Assembly (NCBI GenBank): GCA_036012755.1
Contig: DASCPX010000070.1
Span: 79,034 to 143,033, forward strand
DNA from: Myxococcota bacterium
Lineage (GTDB): Bacteria; Myxococcota_A; UBA796; CAJQPC01
Reading direction: 5' to 3'
Length of the DNA stretch: 64,000 nt
The notes beneath the pieces were generated by a model that was given only the letters and a program-made list of their open reading frames with translations, had not been told where the DNA came from and made no database searches. Made by a program: the position numbers and the translations under genes. Shown in pieces: positions 18,260 to 25,984 of this stretch; position 1 is the stretch's first letter; every line of letters begins with the position of its first letter.

Positions 18260-19166
18260 GCAGGGCGACGACCTTGCCGAGCACCCCGCCCTCGAGGGCC
18301 GTGTGGGCCTCGGACAGGTCCTCGAAGACCCCTCCGACGTGAGCCCTCAACCGTCCCGCCCGGACCTCCTCCCACATGGCCTGGAGGTCCTCGCGGGTCC
18401 CCATCGTCGAGCCGATGAGCTCCTGCTGCTTGAAGAAGAGCACGCGCAGATCGATCTCCACCGTCGCGCCGGTGGTGGCGCCGCAGGTCACGAGCCGTCC
18501 TCTCCAGTCCAGGGCGCGCAGGCTGCGTGGCCAGGTCGCGGCGCCGACGTGCTCGATCACCACGTCGCTCCTCGGGAAGCGCTCGGCGTCGGAGTCGAGG
18601 ACCGTGTCGGCGCCGAGCTCGAGGCAGAGCTCGCGCTTGGCCGGGCTCCGGGCCGTCGCCACCACGTGGCACCCGGCGTTGTGAGCGATCTGGACGGCGA
18701 AGTGCCCGACGCCGCTGGTCCCCCCGATGACGAGGACTCGCTCACCCTGCTGGATCCTGGCCTTTCGCAGCATCTGCCAGGCCGTGAGCGCTGACAGGGC
18801 GATGGGCGCCGCGTCCACGGTCGAGAGCCCCTCGGGGATGGGCAGCAGGCTCTCCTCGGGCACTGAAACGAGCTCGCGGTACCAGCCGTCGATGGACTCC
18901 CCGCGGATGTGGCCGTCGAGGGTCTGGGGGGCCAGGGCGACCCGCTGACCGGTGTCGACGACGACCCCGGCTGCGTCCGAGCCGGGTACCAGCGGCAGGG
19001 GGAAGCGATGGCCCGGGACCCCTCGGCGGACCCAGAGATCCAGGTGGTTGAGACCCACCGCCTCGACGCGCACGAGCACTTCGCCCTCGGCCGGATCCGG
19101 GGCCTTCACCTGCTCCTCGATCAGGGCCTCGGTGCCCCCGTGTTCGTGGACGCGGATCTGACGCAT
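18249..19166 (-). CDS. zinc-type alcohol dehydrogenase / quinone oxidoreductase (MDR superfamily)
   Basis: ATG 19166 (MRQIRVHEHGG…). GSDAAG and the Rossmann motif VLVIGGTSGVGHFAVQIA. Only the last 305 aa of the 735-aa track ORF are real. Confidence 0.85.
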   Translation of the reverse strand: MRQIRVHEHGGTEALIEEQVKAPDPAEGEVLVRVEAVGLNHLDLWVRRGVPGHRFPLPLVPGSDAAGVVVDTGQRVALAPQTLDGHIRGESIDGWYRELVSVPEESLLPIPEGLSTVDAAPIALSALTAWQMLRKARIQQGERVLVIGGTSGVGHFAVQIAHNAGCHVVATARSPAKRELCLELGADTVLDSDAERFPRSDVVIEHVGAATWPRSLRALDWRGRLVTCGATTGATVEIDLRVLFFKQQELIGSTMGTREDLQAMWEEVRAGRLRAHVGGVFEDLSEAHTALEGGVLGKVVALLRR

Positions 19167-19180
19167 AGGGGGTCTCCAGG

Positions 19181-20105
19181 GTGTACAAACCGCGCGTGTT
19201 GCTCCTATCCCTCGCGCTGGCCTCGCCCCACACGGAGCAGCTCGTCGTCCCGCCTCGCGTGGGGGAGCGCGTGCCCCCCGGGCCGCCGCCCGAGGTCTGG
19301 GTCTACGGCTACTGGGCGTTCTGGGCCGGGGATCTGGAGGACATCGACTGGTCCCGGCTCCACACCCTCTATCGACTGGCGCGGCGCCTACGACTACGAC
19401 GAGCTGGCTTTCGCCTCCGACGGTCTGTTCATCATGGGCTACGGCTACCACTCGTCGGGGTCCAACCCGGGGCCGCTGTCTCCTCTCCACGGCGGGGACC
19501 CCTGGTCGCGCTACAGCCTCGAGTGGACCGTCGAGGACTACATCAAGTGGGGCTGTCCTCCGGACAAGATCATCGTCGGTCTCCCGCTGTATGGCCGCGA
19601 GTGGCCCACCACGGACAACTCCGTCCCTGGCACCGCCACCGCGGACAGCAGCTCGGTGACCTTCTCGAAGGCCTGGACCTACGCCGAGAGCAACGAGACC
19701 TTCTACGACACGGTCACCGACACGCCCTACATGTTCCGCAGCTCCACCTCGCAGCTCTGGTACGACGACACCGACAGCATCGGGGTCAAGATCGCCTGGG
19801 CGGTGGAGACGGAGCTCCTCGGCGTCGGCTTCTGGGCCCTGAACTACGATGGCGGCGATCCGGACTTCTGGCAGATGGTGTCTGACCAGACGACCTCTGA
19901 TGAGCCGGTCGACACGGGCTCGCTGGATTCCGGCACCGACTCGGCCTCCGACTCGGACGCGCGCCCCGGGCGAGGCTCGTCCTGGGGGGACGAGGACACC
20001 CCGCGCGCCTGCGGCTGCGACGGCAGCGGTGGTCTCGGCGCGGCCTGGGTCCTGACACTGATCCTCGTGTCCCGGTCCAGGCGCAGGGCTCCTGACGACA
20101 GTTAG
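19181..20105 (+). pseudogene. GH18-like (chitinase-fold) gene with a MYXO-CTERM-like tail, disrupted by a frame change near 19343-19379
   Basis: The signal peptide and the GH18 N-terminal motif (VWVYGYWAFW…DIDWSRLHTL) are in the 19181 frame. The remainder (…YDYDELAFASDGLFIMGYGYH…LPLYGREW…GVGFWALNYD… then CGCDGSGG-TM-RRR) is in the 18909 frame. No DxxDxDxE catalytic motif occurs in either frame. Confidence 0.6.
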
Positions 20106-20127
20106 TGATTCCGACCCCTTGGCCAGA

Positions 20128-20143
20128 TGGCACAATGCTTGCT
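20128..20143 (+). promoter_or_regulatory. sigma-54 (-24/-12) promoter
   Basis: TGGCACAATGCTTGCT is an exact match to TGGCAC-N5-TTGCW. GGAGG at 20156-20160 and ATG at 20167 follow at the appropriate distance. Confidence 0.7.
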
Positions 20144-20166
20144 GCAGGGCTGTGACGGAGGCCTGA

Positions 20167-20958
20167 ATGTCCGTCTTGTTGTTCCTCTCGCCTGCACACG
20201 CCGACGCCGACGCCATGGAGCCGGAGTGCAGTCTCGTCACCGTCACCGACACACTTCCCGGCCCAGAGGCCGTGGGTGTGCCCCTCGATGTGTCCCCGGC
20301 CGCTCTCTTCTGGGGTGACTGCGACGGTCCAGACCAGTGGACCCTCGAGATCACAGAGGACGGCGAGGTCGTTGCCAGCGACGTCTTCGACTTCGACTGG
20401 TCCGGGCGCCCCCAGCAGATGCGCCTCCACCTGGACGTCGAGCTCGCCCCCGACACCGACTACGAGCTCCGCGTCGTCCCCGGCGAGGGTGGCTACTCCG
20501 AGCCCGCGACCGTCGGCTTCACCACGGGCACAGAGCTCTCCGGTGGCCTCAGCGGCGACCCGCTCATCACAGAGGCCGAGGCCTGGTTCTACGACTTCGA
20601 CACCTCCGTCGAGGTCGGTGGGTCGTTCACGGTCTCCCCTGCCATCGACGCCGATGGGCTCTCACTGCTCCACTTCGTCGACGAGGACGGCGAGATCCTC
20701 CAGACCCGCGTTGTCGGTGATGGAGAGGTCGAGTTCACCGCCCAGACCACCTGGGCGACCTCTGCACCCACAGAGGACATCTGCTACTCCGTCTTCCAGG
20801 AGGACGCCGCGGGGCTGGCCTCGGCGGTGGAGACGGTCTGCGTCGGCGCCGACGAGCGCTTCGTCGAGGAAGACAGGCGCGGCTGCTCCACCGGTGGCCT
20901 CGCCCCCACGGCGCTCTTCGGTCTCATCGGTCTCCTCGGACTGCGGAGGCGGCGATGA
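20167..20958 (+). CDS. secreted Ig-like-domain protein with MYXO-CTERM tag (paralog 1 of 4)
   Basis: Short signal MSVLLFLSPAHA. An SbsA/Big_5-like segment …PGPEAVGVPLDVSPAALFWGDC…. C-terminus GCSTGGLAPTALFGLIGLLGLRRRR. Confidence 0.75.
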   Translation: MSVLLFLSPAHADADAMEPECSLVTVTDTLPGPEAVGVPLDVSPAALFWGDCDGPDQWTLEITEDGEVVASDVFDFDWSGRPQQMRLHLDVELAPDTDYELRVVPGEGGYSEPATVGFTTGTELSGGLSGDPLITEAEAWFYDFDTSVEVGGSFTVSPAIDADGLSLLHFVDEDGEILQTRVVGDGEVEFTAQTTWATSAPTEDICYSVFQEDAAGLASAVETVCVGADERFVEEDRRGCSTGGLAPTALFGLIGLLGLRRRR

Positions 20959-21677
20959 CGCTCGCGCTCATCGCGGTGGCCTCCGCGGACATGGAGATCC
21001 AGATCTGCGAGGGCCCCCGGGTCATCGCCAGCATCCCCCGGCACGGGGACGTCGAGGTCCCCGTCGACCTCGCCCCCGTGCTGGTCTTCGACTACTGCGA
21101 CGCCAGCCAGACCGCCACGGTCCGTCTCTACGAGGATGACCTGATGGTGCTGGAGGAGGACATCTCGGAGGACGGTCTCACGACCATCTTCGAGCTGGAC
21201 TGGGAGCAGTCGGCGGGCAGCAGCTACCACGTCCGCGTGACCCCCAGCGACGGCGGCGAAGAGGTCATCATCGACTGGCTCGTCGGTGAGGAGCTGCTCG
21301 TCGAGAGCGACATCGGTCCGACGATCAGCAGCGTCGACGAAGACAGAAGCGGCAGGATCGGCACGCTCTACGCCTACGTGGACCCGGGCCCCCAGCCGAA
21401 CGAGCTGCCAGCCATCTTCGAACTCCGCGACGACGACGGCGAGGTGCTCGACCGCACCTGGCGGTGGGACGCCGGCTCCTCGGTCACCCTCTGGGGCGCC
21501 TTCTCCGGCGAGCAGCGCTTCGACGCCTGCGTGACCGCCTTCCAGCGCAGCCCCGACGGCGCCTGGCTCGAGGGGGACACCCACTGCGAGTCGAAGGTCG
21601 GCTGCTCCACCGCCGGTGGTGTCGCCTCTCTCTTCGCGGTCCTGCTCAGCCTGCTCGGACTCAGGAGGCGCAAGTGA
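20955..21677 (+). CDS. secreted Ig-like-domain protein with MYXO-CTERM tag (paralog 2 of 4)
   Basis: ATGA overlap with paralog 1. Same layout. C-terminus VGCSTAGGVASLFAVLLSLLGLRRRK. Confidence 0.75.
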   Translation: MTLALIAVASADMEIQICEGPRVIASIPRHGDVEVPVDLAPVLVFDYCDASQTATVRLYEDDLMVLEEDISEDGLTTIFELDWEQSAGSSYHVRVTPSDGGEEVIIDWLVGEELLVESDIGPTISSVDEDRSGRIGTLYAYVDPGPQPNELPAIFELRDDDGEVLDRTWRWDAGSSVTLWGAFSGEQRFDACVTAFQRSPDGAWLEGDTHCESKVGCSTAGGVASLFAVLLSLLGLRRRK

Positions 21678-22423
21678 TCCACCTCCTGATGCTCTCGTCT
21701 GCCCACCCCTACGTCGCCGGTGACATGGCTCCGGCGTGCACCTTCGACCGCGTCACGGCGACCCTGCCTGCTGCGGAGGAGCTCGACGTCGCCACGGACA
21801 TCGTGCCGACCTTCTTCCTCTCCGACTGCGGTGCTGTGAGCTCTACGGGCACTGCCAGCGTCTACGTCGACGACGAGCTCGTTCACGAGCAGTCCGTCGA
21901 GGACATCGGCGGCGTCTACAGCTTCATCGAGGTCGACGTCCTCCTCGAGCCGGACACGGACTACGAGATCTGGCTCGCACCCGACGGTGGAGGCGAGGAC
22001 ACGCTGCTGAGCTTCAGCACGGGGTCGCGCTCCGCCGAACTCGGCGCCGGCGCCCCGGTCGTGGATGACGGTGTCGACTGGGAGTGGTACCGCAAGTCCA
22101 AGGTGGCGAGCTTCTTCCTGGAGTTCGACGCAGCGGTCGATCCGGAGGGTGTCAGCTACGTCGAGGCCATCGGACCCGACGACGAGATCTGGGGCACGGT
22201 GCTCGTGCTCGGCGAGGGCCCCCACTACCTCAGCGGTGATGTCGCCCAGGAGTCCCGGCCACGGGATGTCTGCTTGACCCTGTCCCACCGCCAGGCCGAT
22301 GGGTCCTTCGTCGAGGGAGACACCGTCTGCGAGGATGGCCGGGTCGGCTGTTCGACTGGGGCCCTTGGTGCGGCGCTGATGCCGGCGCTGTTCGGCCTCC
22401 TGATGCTGCGGAGGCGTAGATGA
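21674..22423 (+). CDS. secreted Ig-like-domain protein with MYXO-CTERM tag (paralog 3 of 4)
   Basis: GTGA overlap, with in-frame GTG at 21674 preceded by AGGAGG. VIHLLMLSSAHP… C-terminus VGCSTGALGAALMPALFGLLMLRRRR. Confidence 0.72.
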   Translation: MIHLLMLSSAHPYVAGDMAPACTFDRVTATLPAAEELDVATDIVPTFFLSDCGAVSSTGTASVYVDDELVHEQSVEDIGGVYSFIEVDVLLEPDTDYEIWLAPDGGGEDTLLSFSTGSRSAELGAGAPVVDDGVDWEWYRKSKVASFFLEFDAAVDPEGVSYVEAIGPDDEIWGTVLVLGEGPHYLSGDVAQESRPRDVCLTLSHRQADGSFVEGDTVCEDGRVGCSTGALGAALMPALFGLLMLRRRR

Positions 22424-23163
22424 TCTGGATGAGCCTGGCGCTGGCGGACCCTGCCGCGGACACCGGGATCGGCTGCTCCTCGGACTCGCTGTATGCCACG
22501 AGCCCGCACAACGACTCCAGCGACGTGCCCGTCGATCTGCTGCCGACCATCTTCTTCTCCGACTGTCCGGGTGTCGGCGCCAGCGGCCTCGTAGAGGTCC
22601 ATGTCGACGACGAGCTGGTCCACACAGAGGTCGTCGCTCACGACGGCGAGGGCGACTATTCCTGGGTGGCCCTCGGCCTGGAGCTGGAGGCGGAGACGTC
22701 CTACGTGCTGGTCTACACCCCGGAGGATGGCGGCCAGGAGACGCAGATCGGCTGGACCACCGGGACGCGCTCGGCGAGCCTGCTGTCCCGCGCACCGGAG
22801 CACGAAGAGCCCGTCGAGTGGGGCTGGAACCGCGGCACGGAGAGCGGCAACGTGGTCGTCCACGCCGACGCCGCCGGCAGCTCGGAGGGGCCGACCTTCA
22901 TCGAGGCTCGGGACTCGGAGGGAGAGCTCTGGGGCAACGCGGCACTCGCTGGCAGCCACAACGGCACGCTCTACGCCCGAGCCGCCGGCGAGCGTCCAGC
23001 GGACGTCTGCCTGACCTTGTGGCAGCGGGACGTCGAGGGGAGCTGGCTCGAGGGCGGCACGGACTGCCTCGACGGCAAGGCCGGCGGTTGCTCCACCGGG
23101 GGCCTCGCCGCAGGACTGCTTCCGGCTATCCTGGGGCTGATCGGGCTCCGGAGACGCAGATGA
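22420..23163 (+). CDS. secreted Ig-like-domain protein with MYXO-CTERM tag (paralog 4 of 4)
   Basis: ATGA overlap. Shares VDDELVH and FxSDC blocks with paralog 3. C-terminus GGCSTGGLAAGLLPAILGLIGLRRRR. Confidence 0.75.
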   Translation: MIWMSLALADPAADTGIGCSSDSLYATSPHNDSSDVPVDLLPTIFFSDCPGVGASGLVEVHVDDELVHTEVVAHDGEGDYSWVALGLELEAETSYVLVYTPEDGGQETQIGWTTGTRSASLLSRAPEHEEPVEWGWNRGTESGNVVVHADAAGSSEGPTFIEARDSEGELWGNAALAGSHNGTLYARAAGERPADVCLTLWQRDVEGSWLEGGTDCLDGKAGGCSTGGLAAGLLPAILGLIGLRRRR

Positions 23164-25097
23164 TCCTGCTCGGGCTGCTCGGCTGTCCGGAGCCCGAACC
23201 CATCGAGGGCTGGGATGACGGCCCATGCCTGGAGGCGGCCGAGGAGCTCGGCAAGCTGCCCTGCGTGCACAACGTGCCCGACCTCGATCACTGGGTGGAG
23301 ATCACGGTCTCCGCGCAGGCGGTGGACCAGACCCGGGCGACCAAGTGGATGATCCCGGCCGACCAGGACGGGATCCCGCCCCTGGTGCTGAACTCGAACG
23401 AGTACGAGCTCCACTCCGACATGCTCGCGGAGGCCTTCGCCGACCGCTACCCGGGGCTTCAGCACGCGGACTACGTGCGCATGGTGCTGGACGACCCGCC
23501 TCGGTACTACTCGGGGAACCTGGCCCACTACATCCAGCCCGGCGGCGCTCGCGTCTTCGGCTTCACCGTCTGGGACGACCCGGCGGACGACTCCACCACC
23601 ATCACCCTGGACGAGGCCCAGCTGGTCTACCAGGAGCTCCTGGAGATGGTGTCGCTGCGACCGCTGTTGTTCGTGCCGTCCTCTTCGAACCAGCGGACCG
23701 CCGTCGAGGGATGGGGCGACGCCATCCCGGTGCGCTCGGTCGATGGCGTCACCTACGAGCCCTACACCCGCGGCTGGGGCTACGGCACGCTCACCCTGGT
23801 GGACCTGGAGGACCTCGAGGATGCCGAGTACGGCTTCCAGGACATCCTCGTGCTCGACGAGGCCCCCCTCGACATAGAGCGCGTCGTCAGCGGTGTCGTC
23901 ACCGGGACTCGCCAGGCGGAGCTCTCCCACCTCAACGTGCGATCCGCCGCTCGTGGCACCCCGAACTGCTACCTCGCCGGCGCCCAGGACCAGCTCCGGG
24001 CCTGGGAGGGCCAGCTCGTCCAGTTCTGCTGTGGGGCCGACGGCATCGAGATCCGCACGGCGACCCAGGACGAAGCAGAGGCGTGGTGGGAGTCCATTCG
24101 CCCCGAGCCCGTCGAGATCGTGGAGCCGGACTTCTCGGTCGAGGACCTCGTCGGGCTCCTCGACCTCCCGACCTCCTCGGCGACCGAGCGCGAAGCTGGC
24201 GTCGCCGCATACGGCAGCAAGGGCACGAACCTGGCCACGCTCTACCAGCGCATCGACGCCGAACTCCAGCTGGAGGGTCTCCTGGTTCCGATGTCTGCCT
24301 ACCAGGCACACCTGGACGACAACGGCATCGGGATCGGAGGTGACCTCGAAGATCTGCGGGCAGCGATCGAGCAGGCGCCGAAGGACCCCGAGCTCGTCCT
24401 GGATCTCTACGACGCGATCTTGGAGGTCTACGGCGACGACACGACCATGGTGCGGTTCCGGTCATCGTCGAACGCAGAGGACGCCGTCGGTTTCTCTGGC
24501 GCGGGCCTCTACGACTCGGAGAGCGTCTGCGCCGCGGACAGCTTCGACGGCGACGACCTCGGCCCATCCCTCTGTGATCCGGATCAGGATGAGGAGAGGA
24601 CCATCGAAGCTGGCCTCGGGAGTGTCTGGGCCAGCCTCTGGACCGAGCGGGCAGTCGAGGAGCGCGCCTGGTACGGCATCGACGACGACGACGTCGCCAT
24701 GGCCATCCTCGTGAACACTCGCAGCGAGGATGAGCAGGCCAACATCGTCGCGTTCACGGGAATCCCCGGATACTCGAGTGATGACCGGTACATGGTCGAG
24801 TCCCAGATCGGTGAGCTCGACGTCGTCTCGAACCGCTCTGGCACCTGGCCCGAGCGAGTGCTGCTGCAGCTCGATGGGGGCGAGGTCGTGGACATCGACC
24901 GGGTGTCAGCCTCCACCGAGGTCGATGTCGTCCTGGAAGACGCCGCGCTCGAGGAGCTGGGGTCGAACCTCTGGGACATCGAGCAGATCTTCCCGGTCGA
25001 TGGCTCGGCCGAAGGCAGGGTGCTGCTCGACACGGAGTGGAAGGTGCTCGCGGATGGGCAGCTGGTCGTGAAGCAGGTGCGGCCCTTCCTGGACTGA
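23160..25097 (+). CDS. lipoprotein with PEP-utilising-enzyme swivel (phospho-His) domain followed by a PPDK_N-type ATP-grasp nucleotide-binding domain
   Basis: ATGA-coupled ATG 23160 (MILLGLLGC). Swivel-like ILVLDEAPLDIERVVSGVVTGTRQAELSHLNVRSAARGTPN. PPDK_N-like YGSKGTNLATL, VRFRSSSNAEDAVGFSGAGLYDS and WASLWTERA. Confidence 0.75.
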   Translation: MILLGLLGCPEPEPIEGWDDGPCLEAAEELGKLPCVHNVPDLDHWVEITVSAQAVDQTRATKWMIPADQDGIPPLVLNSNEYELHSDMLAEAFADRYPGLQHADYVRMVLDDPPRYYSGNLAHYIQPGGARVFGFTVWDDPADDSTTITLDEAQLVYQELLEMVSLRPLLFVPSSSNQRTAVEGWGDAIPVRSVDGVTYEPYTRGWGYGTLTLVDLEDLEDAEYGFQDILVLDEAPLDIERVVSGVVTGTRQAELSHLNVRSAARGTPNCYLAGAQDQLRAWEGQLVQFCCGADGIEIRTATQDEAEAWWESIRPEPVEIVEPDFSVEDLVGLLDLPTSSATEREAGVAAYGSKGTNLATLYQRIDAELQLEGLLVPMSAYQAHLDDNGIGIGGDLEDLRAAIEQAPKDPELVLDLYDAILEVYGDDTTMVRFRSSSNAEDAVGFSGAGLYDSESVCAADSFDGDDLGPSLCDPDQDEERTIEAGLGSVWASLWTERAVEERAWYGIDDDDVAMAILVNTRSEDEQANIVAFTGIPGYSSDDRYMVESQIGELDVVSNRSGTWPERVLLQLDGGEVVDIDRVSASTEVDVVLEDAALEELGSNLWDIEQIFPVDGSAEGRVLLDTEWKVLADGQLVVKQVRPFLD

Positions 25098-25108
25098 GTC
25101 CCACACCC

Positions 25109-25135
25109 CATCGAGGCGAATTCGCAGCTTCGATG
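25109..25135 (+). terminator. candidate intrinsic terminator hairpin after the sigma-54 operon
   Basis: CATCGA-G-GCG-AATT-CGC-AGCT-TCGATG sits 12 nt after the stop. There is no T-tract. Confidence 0.35.
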
Positions 25136-25206
25136 CCGATCCCTCCGGATTGCGCGCTGGCGAGGAACGTGCGAAAACGCGCCTGGAAATCCACCCGGAG
25201 CCCAAC

Positions 25207-25581
25207 ATGCGCCTTGCCGCCGCCCTCTTCCTCGTCCCGCTCGTTGCTTGCGGGACCGCCGAGACCCCTCCCGAGCCGCCTGCGCCGACAGTTGAGCCAG
25301 CCCCGCCAGCGGAGGAGGCCCAGCCTGCGGAGGCAGCCGAGCCCGCCGAAGCAGAAGCGGCGGCAAGCTACTCCTGCGCGATGCACCCCGAGGTGACCTC
25401 TGCCGAGGCAGGGGCGTGCTCGGAGTGCGGAATGGACCTCGTCGCGGTCGAGCCCGCCGAAGAGGCTGAGGGAGAGGCTGAGGGAGAGGCCGAGCCCGCC
25501 GAGGAGGCTGCCGAGGAGGCTGCCGAGGAGGCTGCCGAGGAGGCTGCCGAGGAGCCCGCAGCAGAGCCCGAAGGGACCTGA
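25207..25581 (+). CDS. small lipoprotein with a heavy-metal-binding domain (YxCxMHP…CxxCGM) and an acidic Ala/Glu repeat tail
   Basis: ATG 25207 (MRLAAALFLVPLVAC). The motif YSCAMHPEVTSAEAGACSECGMDLV. Tail AEEA x4. Confidence 0.75.
   Translation: MRLAAALFLVPLVACGTAETPPEPPAPTVEPAPPAEEAQPAEAAEPAEAEAAASYSCAMHPEVTSAEAGACSECGMDLVAVEPAEEAEGEAEGEAEPAEEAAEEAAEEAAEEAAEEPAAEPEGT
25498..25554 (+). repeat. 12-bp in-frame tandem repeat GCCGAGGAGGCT x ~4.75 (AEEA)n
   Basis: Read directly from the sequence. It lies inside the HMBD lipoprotein CDS. Confidence 0.9.
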
Positions 25582-25606
25582 GAGCTGTAGTCCGCGCCTT
25601 CGCCGG

Positions 25607-25625
25607 CACCCGAGCAGATCGGGTG
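25607..25625. terminator. candidate bidirectional terminator hairpin between convergent genes
   Basis: CACCCGA-GCAGA-TCGGGTG, a 7-bp perfect stem with a 5-nt loop. No T-tract. Confidence 0.35.
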
Positions 25626-25648
25626 CGCGGCGGAGCTGACTCTGCTGG

Positions 25649-25984
25649 TCAGCCCGTCACGGACAGGGCCATGAGCCGCACCTGGGCCATGCGGGCCTCC
25701 TGGACCCAAGCCGGTGTGAGCGCCCGTCCTTCCCAGCGCTCGAGCACCTGGGCGAGGCGTGTGATGACCCCGATGCGAAGCTCCTGCACGGGACCACGCT
25801 CCAAGACGGGACTGCCCACCTGCCAGAGCTTGTAGCGCCCCGGGTCCTCTGTCGGGCGGGGGTCGATGAGCCAGCGCGTACCCTCGTCGGGGAGGATCTC
25901 GATGATGCGACCATCGGCGATGGAGTGGCCGACATGCCCAAGGTCCTTGGCAGCCACCGCGTCCAGGGCGGTGCTCAGACTCAC
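25649..25984 (-). CDS. hypothetical 111-aa protein, third gene of the toxin-like operon
   Basis: In-frame GTG 25984 forms a GTGA overlap with the stop of the 241-aa ORF. The sequence downstream of that start is protein-like (…RYKLWQVGSPVLERGPVQELRIGVITRLAQVLERWEG…). The upstream part of the track ORF is Arg-rich junk. Confidence 0.5.
   Translation of the reverse strand: MSLSTALDAVAAKDLGHVGHSIADGRIIEILPDEGTRWLIDPRPTEDPGRYKLWQVGSPVLERGPVQELRIGVITRLAQVLERWEGRALTPAWVQEARMAQVRLMALSVTG

Noticed and set aside
19167-20456. N-terminal 430 aa of the 735-aa ORF 18249..20456
   Set aside because: Only the last 305 aa (from ATG 19166) match the MDR oxidoreductase family. The upstream part is antisense to the GH18-like gene and MYXO-CTERM paralog 1.
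25158-25173. Sigma-54-like element TGGCGAGGAACGTGCG upstream of the HMBD lipoprotein gene
   Set aside because: Only the GG/GC spacing and a few flanking bases match. It is much weaker than the site at 20128 and is expected by chance in GC-rich DNA.
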